From contig NC_067400.1 in assembly GCF_016432865.1 (NCBI RefSeq), positions 65,596,001 to 65,660,000 on the forward strand: a stretch of DNA of 64,000 nucleotides, in the 5' to 3' direction. The stretch's first letter is position 1, and each line of letters opens with the position of its first letter. The position numbers were made by a program, and so were the translations under genes. The stretch comes from Antechinus flavipes. Taxonomy: Eukaryota. The notes below the pieces were generated by a model. The model had not been told where the DNA came from and made no database searches. It saw only the letters and a program-made list of their open reading frames with translations. Below, one piece after another: positions 24,912-38,230 of this stretch.

Positions 24912-25967
24912 ATATATGTGATTGCTAAAGATTGAACAAGAACAAGTAGCCTTTTGCTTTGACTCACGCAGATGGTTGATCAAAATAATAACTTGTTATT
25001 TTTTAAGCCAGCTTCTCTGCTTTGATTAAAGACATTAGTGTTCATGTGGAAATGATATTAAGATTGATTGTTGATAAACCATTTTGTATTTCATTGCAGA
25101 TATCTAGGTTTTGTTTACACTTTCCAGTATTAACATTACCAAGCAAGGGGCTTAAACCTAAAAGATGATTACCTTTCCTAATACAAATATAAAAAGGCTC
25201 CACTCACATTTACTAAGCTTTTGCTTCTGTAACAATCTCAATTATTCTGAAAAATAGCCTGCTTTTGGAACATTTATGGTTTGGCTTTAGAAAGAAATAG
25301 AAAGTTTGAATTGTCTTATTTGCTGGGAGAGGAAGATAGAGGGAAGAAACCTTTTCTCTTTTAGTTCCTCGTAGCTCTCAAATAGCATGATTCTATAATT
25401 CAGAAAGACTTTCCAAAGAATCTTACATTTTAAGATCTCTTTTGACAAGAAGGGATTAGGCAGAGAAAGGGATTTATTAGGCATAGGAATGTTCCCATCT
25501 AGAAACAGTGGAAGGAAATAATTAACACTTACAACCTCTTTTCCATTATTTTTGTGAGACTTTGCTTTCAAATCCCTTCTAAGCATTAGCACAGGGTTTT
25601 GGAAAAAGCTCTGGACTTGGTGCTTGGAGAACCTGGAGAACCTCTCTTTCTGGATCTGTTCATTGAATTGTAAAGTGAGAAGGCTGGATAGTAATCAATG
25701 GTTTTCATCTCTTTGTTTGTTTGTTTCTTTTTCATTATTCTCTCTCTTTCTTTCTTTCCTTCCCCAGAATAATGCAATATACTATGTATAGTATTCTGCA
25801 ATTATTTGTTACTTGAGACACATTTCAATAATTTTTAGCCCCAACACTTTGGATCATGATCTCTAACCACAAGAAATAAGAGAACTACTAAATGGGAATC
25901 ACTGGAATAGGTGCTATCTGATCTTCCCTTAGACCTAAAATTATATCATTAGTTAGGTCTTTAAATG

Positions 25968-26215
25968 GGGCAAGTAAATGTCACAATGAAAAGAGTGCCA
26001 GCCCTGGAGTCAAGAGGACCTGAATTCAAATCTGGTCTCAGACACTTACTAATGTGTGACTCTGGGCAAGCCACTTAACCCTATTCACTTCACTTTTTTC
26101 ATCTGTCAAATGTGCTAGAGAAGAAAATGGCAAAATACCCTTGTATCTTTGCTAAGAAAATCCCAAATGACATCACAAATGAGTTGGACATGACTGAAAC
26201 AATTGAACAACAAAA
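25968..26215 (+). mobile_element. Mar1-type CORE-SINE, full length
   Basis: tRNA-like head, core, and RTE-derived tail ending gactgaaacaattgaacaacaa. Confidence 0.9.
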
Positions 26216-26384
26216 TTTACTATTTTAAACATATATAATTTTAAAAATTGGGTATATATATCTGCATATATGTATTTATATATGTTTACATGTTTATATA
26301 TATTATGTATGTGATATGTTTAAGTGATAAATCAACTTTAGTTTGTTACTTATTTATAATTATATAAACTTAATACTTATTAAT

Positions 26385-27669
26385 TTGCTGTTGTTGATCA
26401 ATTGTTTTCCTTAGTTATATCTAAGTCTTTGTGTCCCATTTAGGGTTTTCTTGGCAGAAATATTGGAGTGGCTTATCATTTCCTTCTCCAGCTCATTTTA
26501 TAGAAGAAGAAATTGAGGCAAGAAGAGTTAAGTAATTTGCCCAGGTTCATACAGTTAGTAAGTATCTGTGGCCAGATTTTAACTCAGGAAAATGAGATCC
26601 TGATTCTCGGCCTATCTACTATTACTACTACTACAACTACAACAACAACAACAACAACTACTACTACTACTACTTCTACTACTACTGCTACTACTACTAC
26701 TTCTACTACTGCTACTACTTCTACTACTATTACTACTACTTCTACTGTTATTACTACTACTACTACTTCTACTACTACTGCTACTACTACTACTTCTACT
26801 ACTGCTACTACTTCTTCTACTACTATTATTACTACTTCTACTGCCATTACTACTACTACTACTTCTACTACTACTACTGTCACCACTACTACTACCTCTA
26901 CTACTACTACTACCTCTACTATTACTACTGCTACTACTACTACTACTTCTTCTTCTTCTTCTACTACTACTACTACTGCTGCTATTNNNNNNNNNNNNNN
27001 NNNNNNNNNNNNNNNNNNNNNNNNNNNNNNNNNNNNNNNNNNNNNNNNNNNNNNNNNNNNNNNNNNNNNNNNNNNNNNNNNNNNNNNNNNNNNNNNNNNN
27101 NNNNNNNNNNNNNNNNNNNNNNNNNNNNNNNNNNNNNNNNNNNNNNNNNNNNNNNNNNNNNNNNNNNNNNNNNNNNNNNNNNNNNNNNNNNNNNNNNNNN
27201 NNNNNNNNNNNNNNNNNNNNNNNNNNNNNNNNNNNNNNNNNNNNNNNNNNNNNNNNNNNNNNNNNNNNNNNNNNNNTGCTACTACTACTTCTTCTTCTTC
27301 TTCTTCTACTACTATCACCACCACTACTACCTCTANNNNNNNNNNNNNNNNNNNNNNNNNNNNNNNNNNNNNNNNNNNNNNNNNNNNNNNNNNNNNNNNN
27401 NNNNNNNNNNNNNNNNNNNNNNNNNNNNNNNNNNNNNNNNNNNNNNNNNNNNNNNNNNNNNNNNNNNNNNNNNNNNNNNCTACTACTACNNNNNNNNNNN
27501 NNNNNNNNNNNNNNNNNNNNNNNNNNNNNNNNNNNNNNNNNNNNNNNNNNNNNNNNNNNNNNNNNNNNNNNNNNNNNNNNNNNNNNNNNNNNNNNNNNNN
27601 NNNNNNNNNNNNNNNNNNNNNNNNNNNNNNNNNNNNNNNNNNNNNNNNNNNTACTATTACTACTATTAC

Positions 27670-27700
<31 letters not shown>

Positions 27701-27735
27701 TATACATTTTATCTACTGTGCCACCTAGATGCTCC
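26385..27735 (-). mobile_element. Mar1-type SINE split by an (ACT)n array
   Basis: Body at 26385-26620; the head end (atctactgtgccacctagatgct) resumes at 27710-27735. Confidence 0.8.
26621..27699. repeat. Imperfect (ACT)n trinucleotide array containing three N gaps
   Basis: Seen directly; variants ACA, TCT, GCT, ATT and ACC. Confidence 0.95.
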
Positions 27736-27754
27736 CTTCTGCCTTGTTTAGGTT

Positions 27755-28090
27755 GTACATGTGTGTGTATGTGTGTGTACACATATGCATATACATATGC
27801 ATTTGAAGTATACATACAAATATACCTAAGCAATTATGCATACCCTATATTTTCATATAGACTTATGTGTATATATAAATATATATGTTTATGTATATAG
27901 TGTGTCAGTGTGTATGCATTTATATTACCTAATAGATAGATATAGATGCCTAAGTATAGGCATCTAAACCCATGTACACAATATATACTTACAACTTATA
28001 GACATATACACTATGCATATATAATATATTGTATATATTATGCATATATGTAATCTATATAAGTGTATATATAATGTATGTGCACATCAT
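27755..28090. repeat. Degenerate (TA)/(CA)/(TG) purine-pyrimidine low-complexity tract
   Basis: Seen directly. Confidence 0.8.
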
Positions 28091-29679
28091 GTATTTACAG
28101 AGTCAAAGGATTTACCTTTAACTCTGAGCTCCAATGCTGACTTTCTCTGTGATTTTAGACAAAAGACTTAATCTCTCGGTTGTAGTTTCTTTCTTTGTAA
28201 AATGAAGACGGTATTCTTATTTTACAGAGGAAGAAACTGAGTCTCAGAAAAGATAATTGAATTACTTGTCACAGGTTATAAAGCTGGGTTACATAGACAG
28301 GTATTGACCCAGCTTCTGTAGTTCTAAATCTATTTCTCATTCCATTGTGACATATAATCTCAGCCTGGTGATGCAGTTGTGAGATATTTTTATCAGGAAT
28401 GAAACTATTTTCATTTTTAAACATTCATGGGTGGAAAATTGAGAAGTAGAACTCTAGTGGTATAAGGACTTAGCTTGGGAAAAGGTTCCCATCTATCTAA
28501 TGTGAACAATCAAGGATTCTTGTTTTGAAAGCCCTTCTGGACAATTGCACAGGAGCAGGACTCAGCTGGCAACTGTAAAATACTGTTAGAGTCTCCACAT
28601 GAAATAAAACTAGCATCAATGTCATAATATCCCATGACTAATATCCCATGATCCTCATTTCCTTGCTGCCCAGATGACTGCTATTTCTGATAAACATTGT
28701 TCCATAGATGTTCCCATTACCTAGATTTATCTTGCATAGGAATGTTGGGAAAGCAGTGGATATACTGACTCTCAGAGATGAAAGGTACTTAAACCTTCAT
28801 CTAGTCCAATCACTCCATTTTCAAATGAAGAATTCTGACCCAAGGATGTGGAATGATTTCTTCAAAATTCTACTATGAATTAGTTGAGAACCAGGATAAG
28901 AATCTAGGTCACCTCAACTCATGACTGAGTCCTTGCATTAGACAATGAGCTGAAAGTGGATTTGGTCCTTCCCCACCCAAGAATGATCCTAGCAGGACCC
29001 AAAGAACTGCCTAATTTCAAATTTCTGGGCCTGAATTTAAACCAAAGACATAAAATAAAGAAGAAACTTAAATCTAAGTTGTAGTATACTCTAGTGACAT
29101 TTTGTCAAATGTCAAAGTAGACGCTGACAGAGATGAATAGAAAGCTGATATCTGAAATCCCTTTCGGATTTTCAAACCTTCTTTTGTTGATTTTAGCTGA
29201 AAACCAAGTGGTCTTAAAATTGTTTTGGCAAACCAAACACTGATGGGAACGAGGGAATAAGAGCGGAAACTCTGAGAATAGTATTTGGAATAGATAGTGG
29301 GTCCTCAGAAGATGACAAAGTCTGGAAAGACCTGTGATATTGCATAGACATTGTGATTCAATGTGTTAGTACCAACTTTTGGAAAATAGTCCTTGTTAAA
29401 ATAGGAATCCTTCACTCCCAGTTGACTCTTCTCCTCTCCCCCTTCTCCTCTTCCCAAAGATCATGCTTCTACTTTTGCTGAAAATTCCATGACTTTGAAT
29501 GATAACGTTGTCAAAATTTTTTCAATCCCTTTTTCAGAGAAATAGGAAAGGAATATTTTTAGAGTTTTCAAGACTCTACCCTTGCCTCTCAGATTTTCTC
29601 TACCCTGCCACACACAATAACCTTCTCACCCTGGAAGTACAGTCCTTTTTATTCCCTCCCCCCCACCATAACCTACAAT

Positions 29680-29810
29680 TATTTTTGGTGAGGCAATCAG
29701 GGTTCAGGGTCACACAATTAGTAAATGTCAAATGTCTGAGGTCAAATTTGAACTCAAATCCTCCCAATTCCAGGACTGGTGCCCTATCCACTGCAGCACC
29801 TACCTGTCCC
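29680..29810 (-). mobile_element. CORE-SINE (WSINE1/SINE1-like)
   Basis: tttttggtgaggcaatcaggg...tttgaactcaaatcctccc...ccctatccactgcagcacctacctgtccc. Confidence 0.8.
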
Positions 29811-30614
29811 TCTCATAACCTGTATTTTAAGAAAAGCACCCTTTTCATTCCTTTCTGGTCTCTCAGCACTTTATTATTCCTCTGCTTCCCTCTCACAGAT
29901 TCTGCTCCATCTCCCTCCACCTTTTCAGCTTCCTTTTATTTATTTCTTTTTCTCATTAGAATGTAACCTTGAGGGCAGATTGTATTTGTGTTCGCAGGAA
30001 TTGCATACTATCCAGCATATAATAATTGCCTCATTAATGTTTGTTGACTTGATGGGTTGACTGTCAACCAATTAATAAATATTTCCAAAGTCTAAGCTTA
30101 GTACTTCTTTTCCCCTTTGGTTATACAGTTGGAAAGAGAGGGAAATTGTGTCTTTAGCAGGGAGGCAGCAGCTATTGCTAATTATCCCAATGAAAATATT
30201 AATTTTGTGTCCCTATGAGACCCCTGGTAGCTAGAAATAGTCCATTCTTCTGAACTAAATTGACTGTTATAACAGAGTGCTATGTTTTCAGAAGGGAGAT
30301 TTAGAGAAGCAGGTAAGTGCATAGTGGAGCAGTGTATTTCTTGGGGATCTGTTATCTGTGTGAATTTATTCACGTGTCCCTACTGCCTTACATTACGTGC
30401 ATCCTTGGACTCTTAGAAAAGTCATGCAGCAAGTTATTACAAGCCTTAAGGTTCAGCTTACAGTTTCTACCAAAGAGCCAGGGCTGAGATGCTAAACTAC
30501 AACATCAGCACCTGAATCATCCTTAACAATACCTTTTGATTCTTATGCATTTACTCATGTGTCTTTTTCAAAAGGTTATAGAATTTTGGGAGTCAGAAGT
30601 AAATCAATAAGCAT

Positions 30615-31045
30615 TTTTTAAGCCCTTAGTATGTATCAAACTGAGAGCTGTCAAAAATCTTAGCTTAAAAAGACCAAGGTCTTCCAATGCATCCAGGGAC
30701 ATCTCCAGCTGTCCTGATCTATATCTGGCCCTGGACCCAGATGACTTTGGAGGGGAAAGTGAGGTAGTTGACCTTGCACAGCCCTCCTTCACTTAAATCC
30801 AACTCATGTGCATGTTATGGTATCACCTCCCTGATGTCATGGTACTCTTTAAGAACTAAGAACAGGGGCAGCTAGTTGGTGCAGTGGATAGAACCCCAGC
30901 CCTCAAGTCAGGAGGACCTGAGTTCAAATCTGGTTTCAGACCCTTAACACTTCCTTAGCTGTGTGACCCTGGGCAAATCATTTAACCCCAATTGCCTAAA
31001 CAGCACCCCCCCCAAAAAGATCTAAGGACAAACAACAATAACAAT
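30615..31045 (+). mobile_element. RTE-related marsupial SINE (MdoRep1/RTESINE-like) with nested WSINE1
   Basis: cttcacttaaatccaactcatgtgcatg...atcacctccctgatgtcatgg; ends in an RTE-type aaggacaaacaacaataacaa tail. Family name from recall. Confidence 0.7.
30865..31016 (+). mobile_element. Full-length WSINE1-type SINE
   Basis: ggggcagctagttggtgcagtggatag...ttaaccccaattgcct; TSD aagaactaagaaca (30851-30864) / aagatctaaggaca (31017-31030), 12/14 identical. Confidence 0.9.
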
Positions 31046-31894
31046 AATTATGGGTCACTACAATCTAAATAAGTCTTTCACTAGACCATGGTGTCCAGAC
31101 CTCTCATTTTACTGAAAAGGAACTTAAAACCTAGAAGTGGGAAAGTCATTAAATCAAAGCCACAATTGGCATCAGAGTGGGTTGTGCAGGTAGAGGGGGT
31201 GAGAATCATAGAGCTATAGATTTAGAACATCAGAAGTTGCCTGGCCCAAACCCAACATTTTATAGATGAGGAAATTTGAGATCTAGAGAAGTTCCCTGAT
31301 TAGCCAAAGGACATATGAGTAGGGAATAGCAGAGCCAAAATTCAAACCCAGGGTTTTTCATTTCACAACCAGTGATCTTTCCACTATACCAATAAAAGGC
31401 TGCCCACAAGGGAAGCTGGGAGGTTCGGGGTGGTTGTAAGAAGGGAATAGTTTGAATAGTAGATCAAACTTTTCATTCCTATGAAAGTCGCTGCCAAGGG
31501 AACAAGCATTGAGGTTTCCCTCAGTCACCAAAGAAGGAAAGAGCAATGAGTTCCCTCCCTTTCTTTGGCACCATATGTAACTGTTCCCCCTAGACTGTGG
31601 CTATGGGTAGCATTGGGGTTAGGAAAGGGTCGAAGTGGGAAGGAAAAGGCAAGCAGGTAACATCAGGTTTTAGGGAGAAGCTATCTTCTTGACCAGCTGA
31701 ATGACAGCTCTGTTTTTATTCATTTTTCTTCTCTTTTCTTTCTTCCTTTAAAAAAAAAAAAAACAAAAAACCTGTGTTCGAAAAAAAAAATCTTGCAAGT
31801 ACAAATCTCTTGCCAAAAGCCCATCTCATAAATCCTTTTGCACCTTCCTCCCCAGGCAGGTAGCTACCAGCCCTTCTAGGTGTGTAGCACACAA

Positions 31895-31895
<1 letters not shown>

Positions 31896-31954
<59 letters not shown>
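31896..31954. repeat. (TG)24 followed by a short (AG)n microsatellite
   Basis: Seen directly. Confidence 0.95.
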
Positions 31955-34900
31955 ATGACGGCAAGCCTCCATTATGGGGAAAGTTATTGTGGAAAGAAAT
32001 GCTAGAATTCATGGTTCTCAGGACTATGGTTTTACATAAAGTTCATCCAGCACTTCCAGGTTAGATCTGTCTCTTGTCCCAGCTGACACTATTACTTCCC
32101 TCCAACCCTGCTTCTATATTTCCATTCCAAATTCACAACTTCCTCCTGCCTCATTAAGGGCAAGCCTTTTCAAGCAGATAGTTGATGGGACCCACCCCAG
32201 ATTCACACCCTTGTTCAAATCACAATACTCATATTTACAGAGCAGATCTTGTCCTCTTGGCCTGTTTCAAGACATTAGCTAGCTCTCCTCCAAACTCAAA
32301 GGACCAAACTGCTCCCATTAAGGAGAAGTGGGGACACAGGGCCAGATGGGTTAGCAGGCAGGTGGACAATTTCTCATTTAGTAACTTTCTCTTCACATTT
32401 TTCCTTTTTCTCTTCCTGTAGAATTCCCCTCAGAAGTTATCCCCTTGACATTTTTGAAGCCAAAGGTTATATTTCAAGACTGGTCTAGGATGATCAACTC
32501 TCAACCTAAATTAGTTTTGTCTGGAATACTTTGTGGTCTCTGATGAAAATGCCAGGATTTCCTTTCTAGTCATACCTTCGATTCTCCTCAATTCTCCTTG
32601 TTTCCTTATTTTGTCCCTAACTTAGCCCATCTCCATCTTCCCTCTCTGCAATGTTTCTACTTAGAATTCCAGAATATTAGTGCCAAAAAGAACCTGAGAG
32701 ATGTTATATACATATACGTGTATGTGTGTGTGTAATATCTGTCTGTTTACCCATCCATCTATAATCTATCCTCTATCTTTATGATTTTGAGCCTTCATGA
32801 TCAACAGCTCATATATAAATAATATATGCACATATATAGCATAACATGGCATGTAATACATACATGAGTGTTTATATATGGGTGTGTACATACACACACA
32901 GTACTTACAAAGCAATTTCAGGATATAGGTAGGGAGAAGACACTAGTGATCAGTATTCTAGGCTATATGTGGAATTGTCCTCTCTAAAACCTTGCTACAT
33001 ATGAGGACTTGCCTGAGGTGATTATTCTGCTTTTTGAATTGCTATTAATTTATTTCTTTACTAATTTCTCAGCTAATTATTGAGTATCTTCTAATGTTTC
33101 CTAATAATTTAATATTAATGTACAACCTCATACAATTACCTTGGCATCCTCACCCTATTATCTTAAATAAATAAGAGAAAACTTTAATATCCTATAAACT
33201 TTTGCTCATTTTGTTCTCCCAATCCAATATAGATTTAAAATTTATTTTACTTGCTATACAATTTACTGACTATGTAACGACTAATATTTAACTTGTCTTT
33301 CACCCAATCCTAGGACATTTTACATGCTTCTGCATATACAAAAGGAGACCTGACTCCTGATTGATAGAAAATGCTGAGTGTCATGATACATAGTGTGTAA
33401 AGTACTTAGGAATTGCTGGCAGGAATTTTGGGGGAAAATGCATGAACATGACATTATAGGAAAATAGCCGAGAAGGACTTTGGAAAAGCAGACATGTATA
33501 GGAAGCTGGTATCATTGGGTCTTTGGGTTGATTTGAAATTCTAGAAATTCCTAAGAATATACCCCATTTAAGTGAGATAGTTATTTTTCCCTCTCTCTTA
33601 GTTTGAGCTTTGATCTTATCTCACCACTAATTTAAAAGCTCATTCATTCTTATTATTCATTTTTTGGGTATTTTCTTATCTGTACAACTTCTTTGAAATC
33701 TGTTTGCTCTTTTGCTTGTAGAAATAGGTTTATTTACTATATTTGTGATGGCTTTGCATGTGACTAAAGTGAGGTGGGAAGGGGTTTAGCTTGCAAAAAT
33801 AAGAGCAATCAGGAAATAAGCTTTTGTTTTGAACTTTTGGACTATGAGCATGTGTAGGGAAGAGTTACATAATATTCAAATCCAATACTTATCTCAGAGC
33901 CTGAGAGAAAGAAAATTTAGTCTTAATAGAGATCCTGGTACTTGTCTGTCATCTCAGCTCTTAGTTAGTAGGCAAATGATAGGAATATGTCTTGACTATA
34001 TGTGTCTTATATGGTCCTGGAAGAGGACCAAATTTTAGCTCATATAGATTTATGATACCCATGAGTTTTGTGTGTGTGTGTATATATATATTTTACATAT
34101 AAATATATATATAATTATATAAATAAAATATAAAAATTATATATATAAATAAATGTAAATACATAAATAAATATACTCATATAAATGCATATCACAAATA
34201 CATGCTTAAATAATTTATCAATTTATTTCTATTAAAAAAATCACAGCTGGTGTTATCTTTCACCATCAAACATAAGTGCTGATTTAAAAAGAATTATCTA
34301 TAAAGGATTCAACACTACCTGGCATATAGCAAGCACTTAATAGATACTTTTTTCCTTCCTTCTTTCTTCTTAAATCTGGAAACATAGTCCCACCATTCAG
34401 TTTTCATAAGGTAGCAATTAATTCTCAATTCTTTTTTCTCAATAATTTTCCACAATAAACTTCCACAAAATAAAAGTTGAACTCAGTTTTCTTTAGTTTC
34501 TTAGAGAAAAAAAAGTTATATTAGTTCTTTGTCCCTATTCCTCACAATTCTCTCTCAAATCATAAACAATAATCTCCAGATGAAAGTAAAAAAAAAATTG
34601 CCACATTTTTGAGGTCCTATCCCCAATGATGCAATTGATAGAGACAGAGATAGATGTAGAGGCAAGAGGCAACCCCTATATTTACAGTAAGGATGTATAT
34701 TTGGTTTAGTTTTCACACAAGGGTGGGGCTGGGTACAAGAATCAGGTTTTCATTAAATTTGCTTCAGGTTCTTATGTAATGAAGTGATAGGGTATGTAGG
34801 ATTTTAAATAGAAATCTGCCATTTCCCTAAAATTCTAGTTCAAGACTTGTCTATATGGACCTATCTTCTCTACATATATTCATGGTACATTATAGTTTAG

Positions 34901-36421
34901 AGAAGTAATATCAGTAAGCATCACCTCCTTCCTGAACTTATCCAGTAAGTGCTCAAGAATTTGTGGATCTCTTAGCATAATTTGATCTTGATATATTCTC
35001 CAGCAGTTGATCTGCTCACTCTGTGGCAGAATTCATAAAGTTCCTTTTCCTTCCTCATGTGATAAATGATAATTTTTAATTACAATGAGTATATCATGTG
35101 TAATGAAAAGTCATTCAGTCATCAGTTATTATTCATCCTGTTACATAACAAGTCCTTTCTAATTGTGAAGTCCTATGCTAGCTATGTAAATGCCAGCTAT
35201 TAATATTGTCACTTTAATCATCACTGTGTCATTGATCTAAGGGTAGAAATAAACTTAAGTTTATTAATTCCATTTAATCCAATTCTACATTATACAGATG
35301 AGGAAACTGAAGTCATATCAAGAGCTTAATAAGTCCTGGAGTCATGATTNNNNNNNNNNNNNNNNNNNNNNNNNNNNNNNNNNNNNNNNNNNNNNNNNNN
35401 NNNNNNNNNNNNNNNNNNNNNNNNNNNNNNNNNNNNNNNNNNNNNNNNNNNNNNNNNNNNNNNNNNNNNNNNNNNNNNNNNNNNNNNNNNNNNNNNNNNN
35501 NTAATATTTAAGCTATTTTATAGCTTAAACTGACATCTATTCTATCCACAGCAGCCCTAAAGAATCATAAAAAGGGCATAGGACTGGATATCAGGAAGCC
35601 TAGAATTAGTTCTGGTACAGTTACAAATTGATAGTGAGACCTTATACAAGTAACTTGACTTCTAGAGGAGGTGGTGACTTTTTTTAGCTGCCAATCTATA
35701 AATTGATCAATTAACGAATATTCATTGTGTCCTTTGCCACCTATTTTGAAATGTCTGGGGTGGCTAACTTGGATCCTTGTTTCCCTCCTCATTCTTCTTT
35801 TGCTCACACTATAGAGTTGAGAGTTGTACACAGATTAAATGCCCATTTCTCATCAGGGACATAACCCACATTCAGGCTTTTAGGTGGGAATGTTTTTCCA
35901 AGGCCAGCAGACAGGCCACTTACAAGATAAGAGATGTGTATGTAGATAACAAAGTCACCAGGACTTGCCTCCTACTTTAAAATGCTTTGCAAATGACCCA
36001 CATACAACCAGGTAATTTATATACATAGCAAAAAAAGAACTTTGACCAGCAGCTCATTTCTTAGACCACCAGCCCCAATCTCTTCTCATTATCCCAAGTC
36101 TCCAGACAATAAATACTTAACTGAGTTGATGCATCCCCTTTAAACTGACTTGGGAGGAGCCACGGTGGTGTCAATTATGCTTGGGATATCCCTTAACTGA
36201 TATAATTGATTAGAATGATTGGTGATTGATGGGGGCTATATGCACATATGTTTGAAAAGACTCAATAAATTATTTCTGGATCAGATGGATTGGGATTTGG
36301 ATCTGTATTTCAAACCCCATCATACTACCTATGGGATGTTGAATAAATCAATTTCCCCTCTGCATCTGTTTCCTCATCTATAAATTAAAGAGTTCAGATT
36401 AGATGCTTTTTTATTTATTCT

Positions 36422-36645
36422 TTTTTAGTTATGTCTGACTCTATTTTATTTGGGGTTTTCTTGGCAGAATTATTAGCTGGTTTGCCGTTTCCTTCTCTAG
36501 CTCATTTTACAGGTGAGGAAATCGAGGCAAACAGAATTAACTGACTTGACCAGGCAGTGTCAGAGACAAGATTTGAACTTAGGAAGATGAATCTTCCTGA
36601 CCCCAGTGATTGGAACTCTAACCATTGTACCACCTAGCTGCCCCA
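36422..36645 (-). mobile_element. Mar1-type CORE-SINE
   Basis: ggggttttcttggcag...tttgccgtttccttctctagctcattttacagg...accattgtaccacctagctgcccc. Confidence 0.9.
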
Positions 36646-36699
36646 GATAGAGTCAGACTAAATGATTTCTGAGGTGCTTTCTTTGAGAATCCCTTCTTT

Positions 36700-36970
36700 A
36701 CTTGAACTCAACTCAAGCTCCATGTTCCACTCCAAGTCTTTTTTGATCCATTCCTCTTCTCCCTCAGCTGCTAGTGCTTTCTTCCCAGAATTTTTGTGTG
36801 CTTAATCTTATATTTAGCCCATATGTGCATACACGTGTGTTATTTCCCTGGAGAAATATAAGCTCCTTGGGGAAAGAGCTGCCCATTTGTCTTCATATCA
36901 GCAGTGTCTTACACTGTGCCTGGCACATAGTAAATATTTAATAAATGCACGCTAATGGATTTATTGATTA
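36700..36970 (+). mobile_element. L2 3' end
   Basis: Ends gtgcctggcacatagtaaatatttaataaatgc, the canonical L2 terminus. Confidence 0.75.
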
Positions 36971-37019
36971 ATTTCCATCCTTAAAATCTTATGATCCCAC
37001 ATTGTCTCAGAGTTTTCCC

Positions 37020-38230
37020 TTATGTCTTCAAATATGCAATGATGGTGGAAAGATTGATTGGGGATGGATTGTGAAGAGCATTACAAGCTAAGCAGAGACA
37101 TTTATATTTGAAAGGCACTAGGGAACCACTGGTTTTAATTGAGCAAGAGATTAACGTGGTAAAATATGTTGTGAAGGAAAATGACTTTGATAGCTGTGTG
37201 GAGAATAGATTCAAGTAGGAGAATAATTAGGAGACCATTGCAATAACCTAGGCAAGTGGTAGTAAGGCCTGAACAAAGGTGGGAGCTAGGAGAATGGAGA
37301 AAAGTGGTTGGATGGGAGACATATTTTGGAAGTAGAAACAGAAAGATTTTGTCAATTGATTGGTTATGTGGGATGAAAGAGAGTGAGAAGTCCAGGATAA
37401 TACTAGGGAGATTGGAAGAATAATGGTATCTTTGATAAAAATAAAGAAGTTTGAGAAAAGTAGTAATAAAAGTTAATAGAATATAAATAATAATGCTATT
37501 TAATAATAATGTAAAAGGACAGCTTAAAATTCACTATAAAAATAAAACTGTAGTGATAGTTATAAATATATAATTAATTTTCGGATATGTTTAAAATGTC
37601 CAACAGGCAATTAGTGACATGGGACTGAAGGTCAGGGGAGAGACTAAAATTTGGCAGAAAGATCTGGGAATCATCTTGATACAGATGATAGCTCAAACTA
37701 TGGCAGATGGTGAGATTTAAATAAAGAGAGACTATCAAGGCAGAAGAGAAGAACTTTGGGGAATATACATAGTTAGGAGCCTTACTATAAATCAAGGCTC
37801 CTTAAACGCCTTGCATATGTGACCTTGAGAAATTTTTATGTGAACCTGTGTATATAAGTATATAAAATAGGTATATACATCAAACTTTTACTGATAATAA
37901 ATCATAATTTCATGACCCTCATATTCTGTTATGAGGCTCTATATGGAGTTGTGATGCACATTTTAAGAAGCTGGGCTACAGATGATAAACTAGCAAAAGA
38001 GATTGAGGATTGGTCAATCACACAAGTAGAAAGGTCAACCAAGGGATGGTAGTATCGCATAAACTCAGACAAGAGAGGGTATCCAGAAGATGGTGATCAA
38101 CAGTGTCATCTACACTTGATAGAGAAGAATTAGGACTGAGAAAAGATGATCATCAGAGATCATTGGTAACTTTGAAGGAAGAGGTTTGAAAGGGCAGAGA
38201 AATAGAAGAGGAAGTGAATGCTGTAAGTGC
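37020..38230 (-). mobile_element. L2 LINE fragments (antisense)
   Basis: Purine-rich antisense L2 text (ggagaccattgcaataacctaggcaag..., gacatgggactgaaggtcaggggagagact...), interrupted by a MITE. Confidence 0.75.
37793..37975 (+). mobile_element. hAT-Charlie-type MITE
   Basis: Imperfect TIRs (caaggctccttaaac...ttttaagaagctggg); 8-bp TSD-like flanks ctataaat / ctacagat (6/8); homologous to 55101-55301 in reverse orientation. Confidence 0.75.

Noticed and set aside
26513-27751. 412-aa Thr/Ser-rich mucin-like ORF and the antisense poly-Val ORF
   Set aside because: Both are translations of the (ACT)n array plus N gaps. The start lies in Mar1 SINE sequence, single substitutions of ACT cannot create a stop so openness is trivial, and there are essentially no prolines and no exon context.
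30865-30940. tRNA-like A/B box sequences at SINE heads (several copies)
   Set aside because: They are heads of tRNA-derived SINEs, with no cloverleaf or tRNA gene context.
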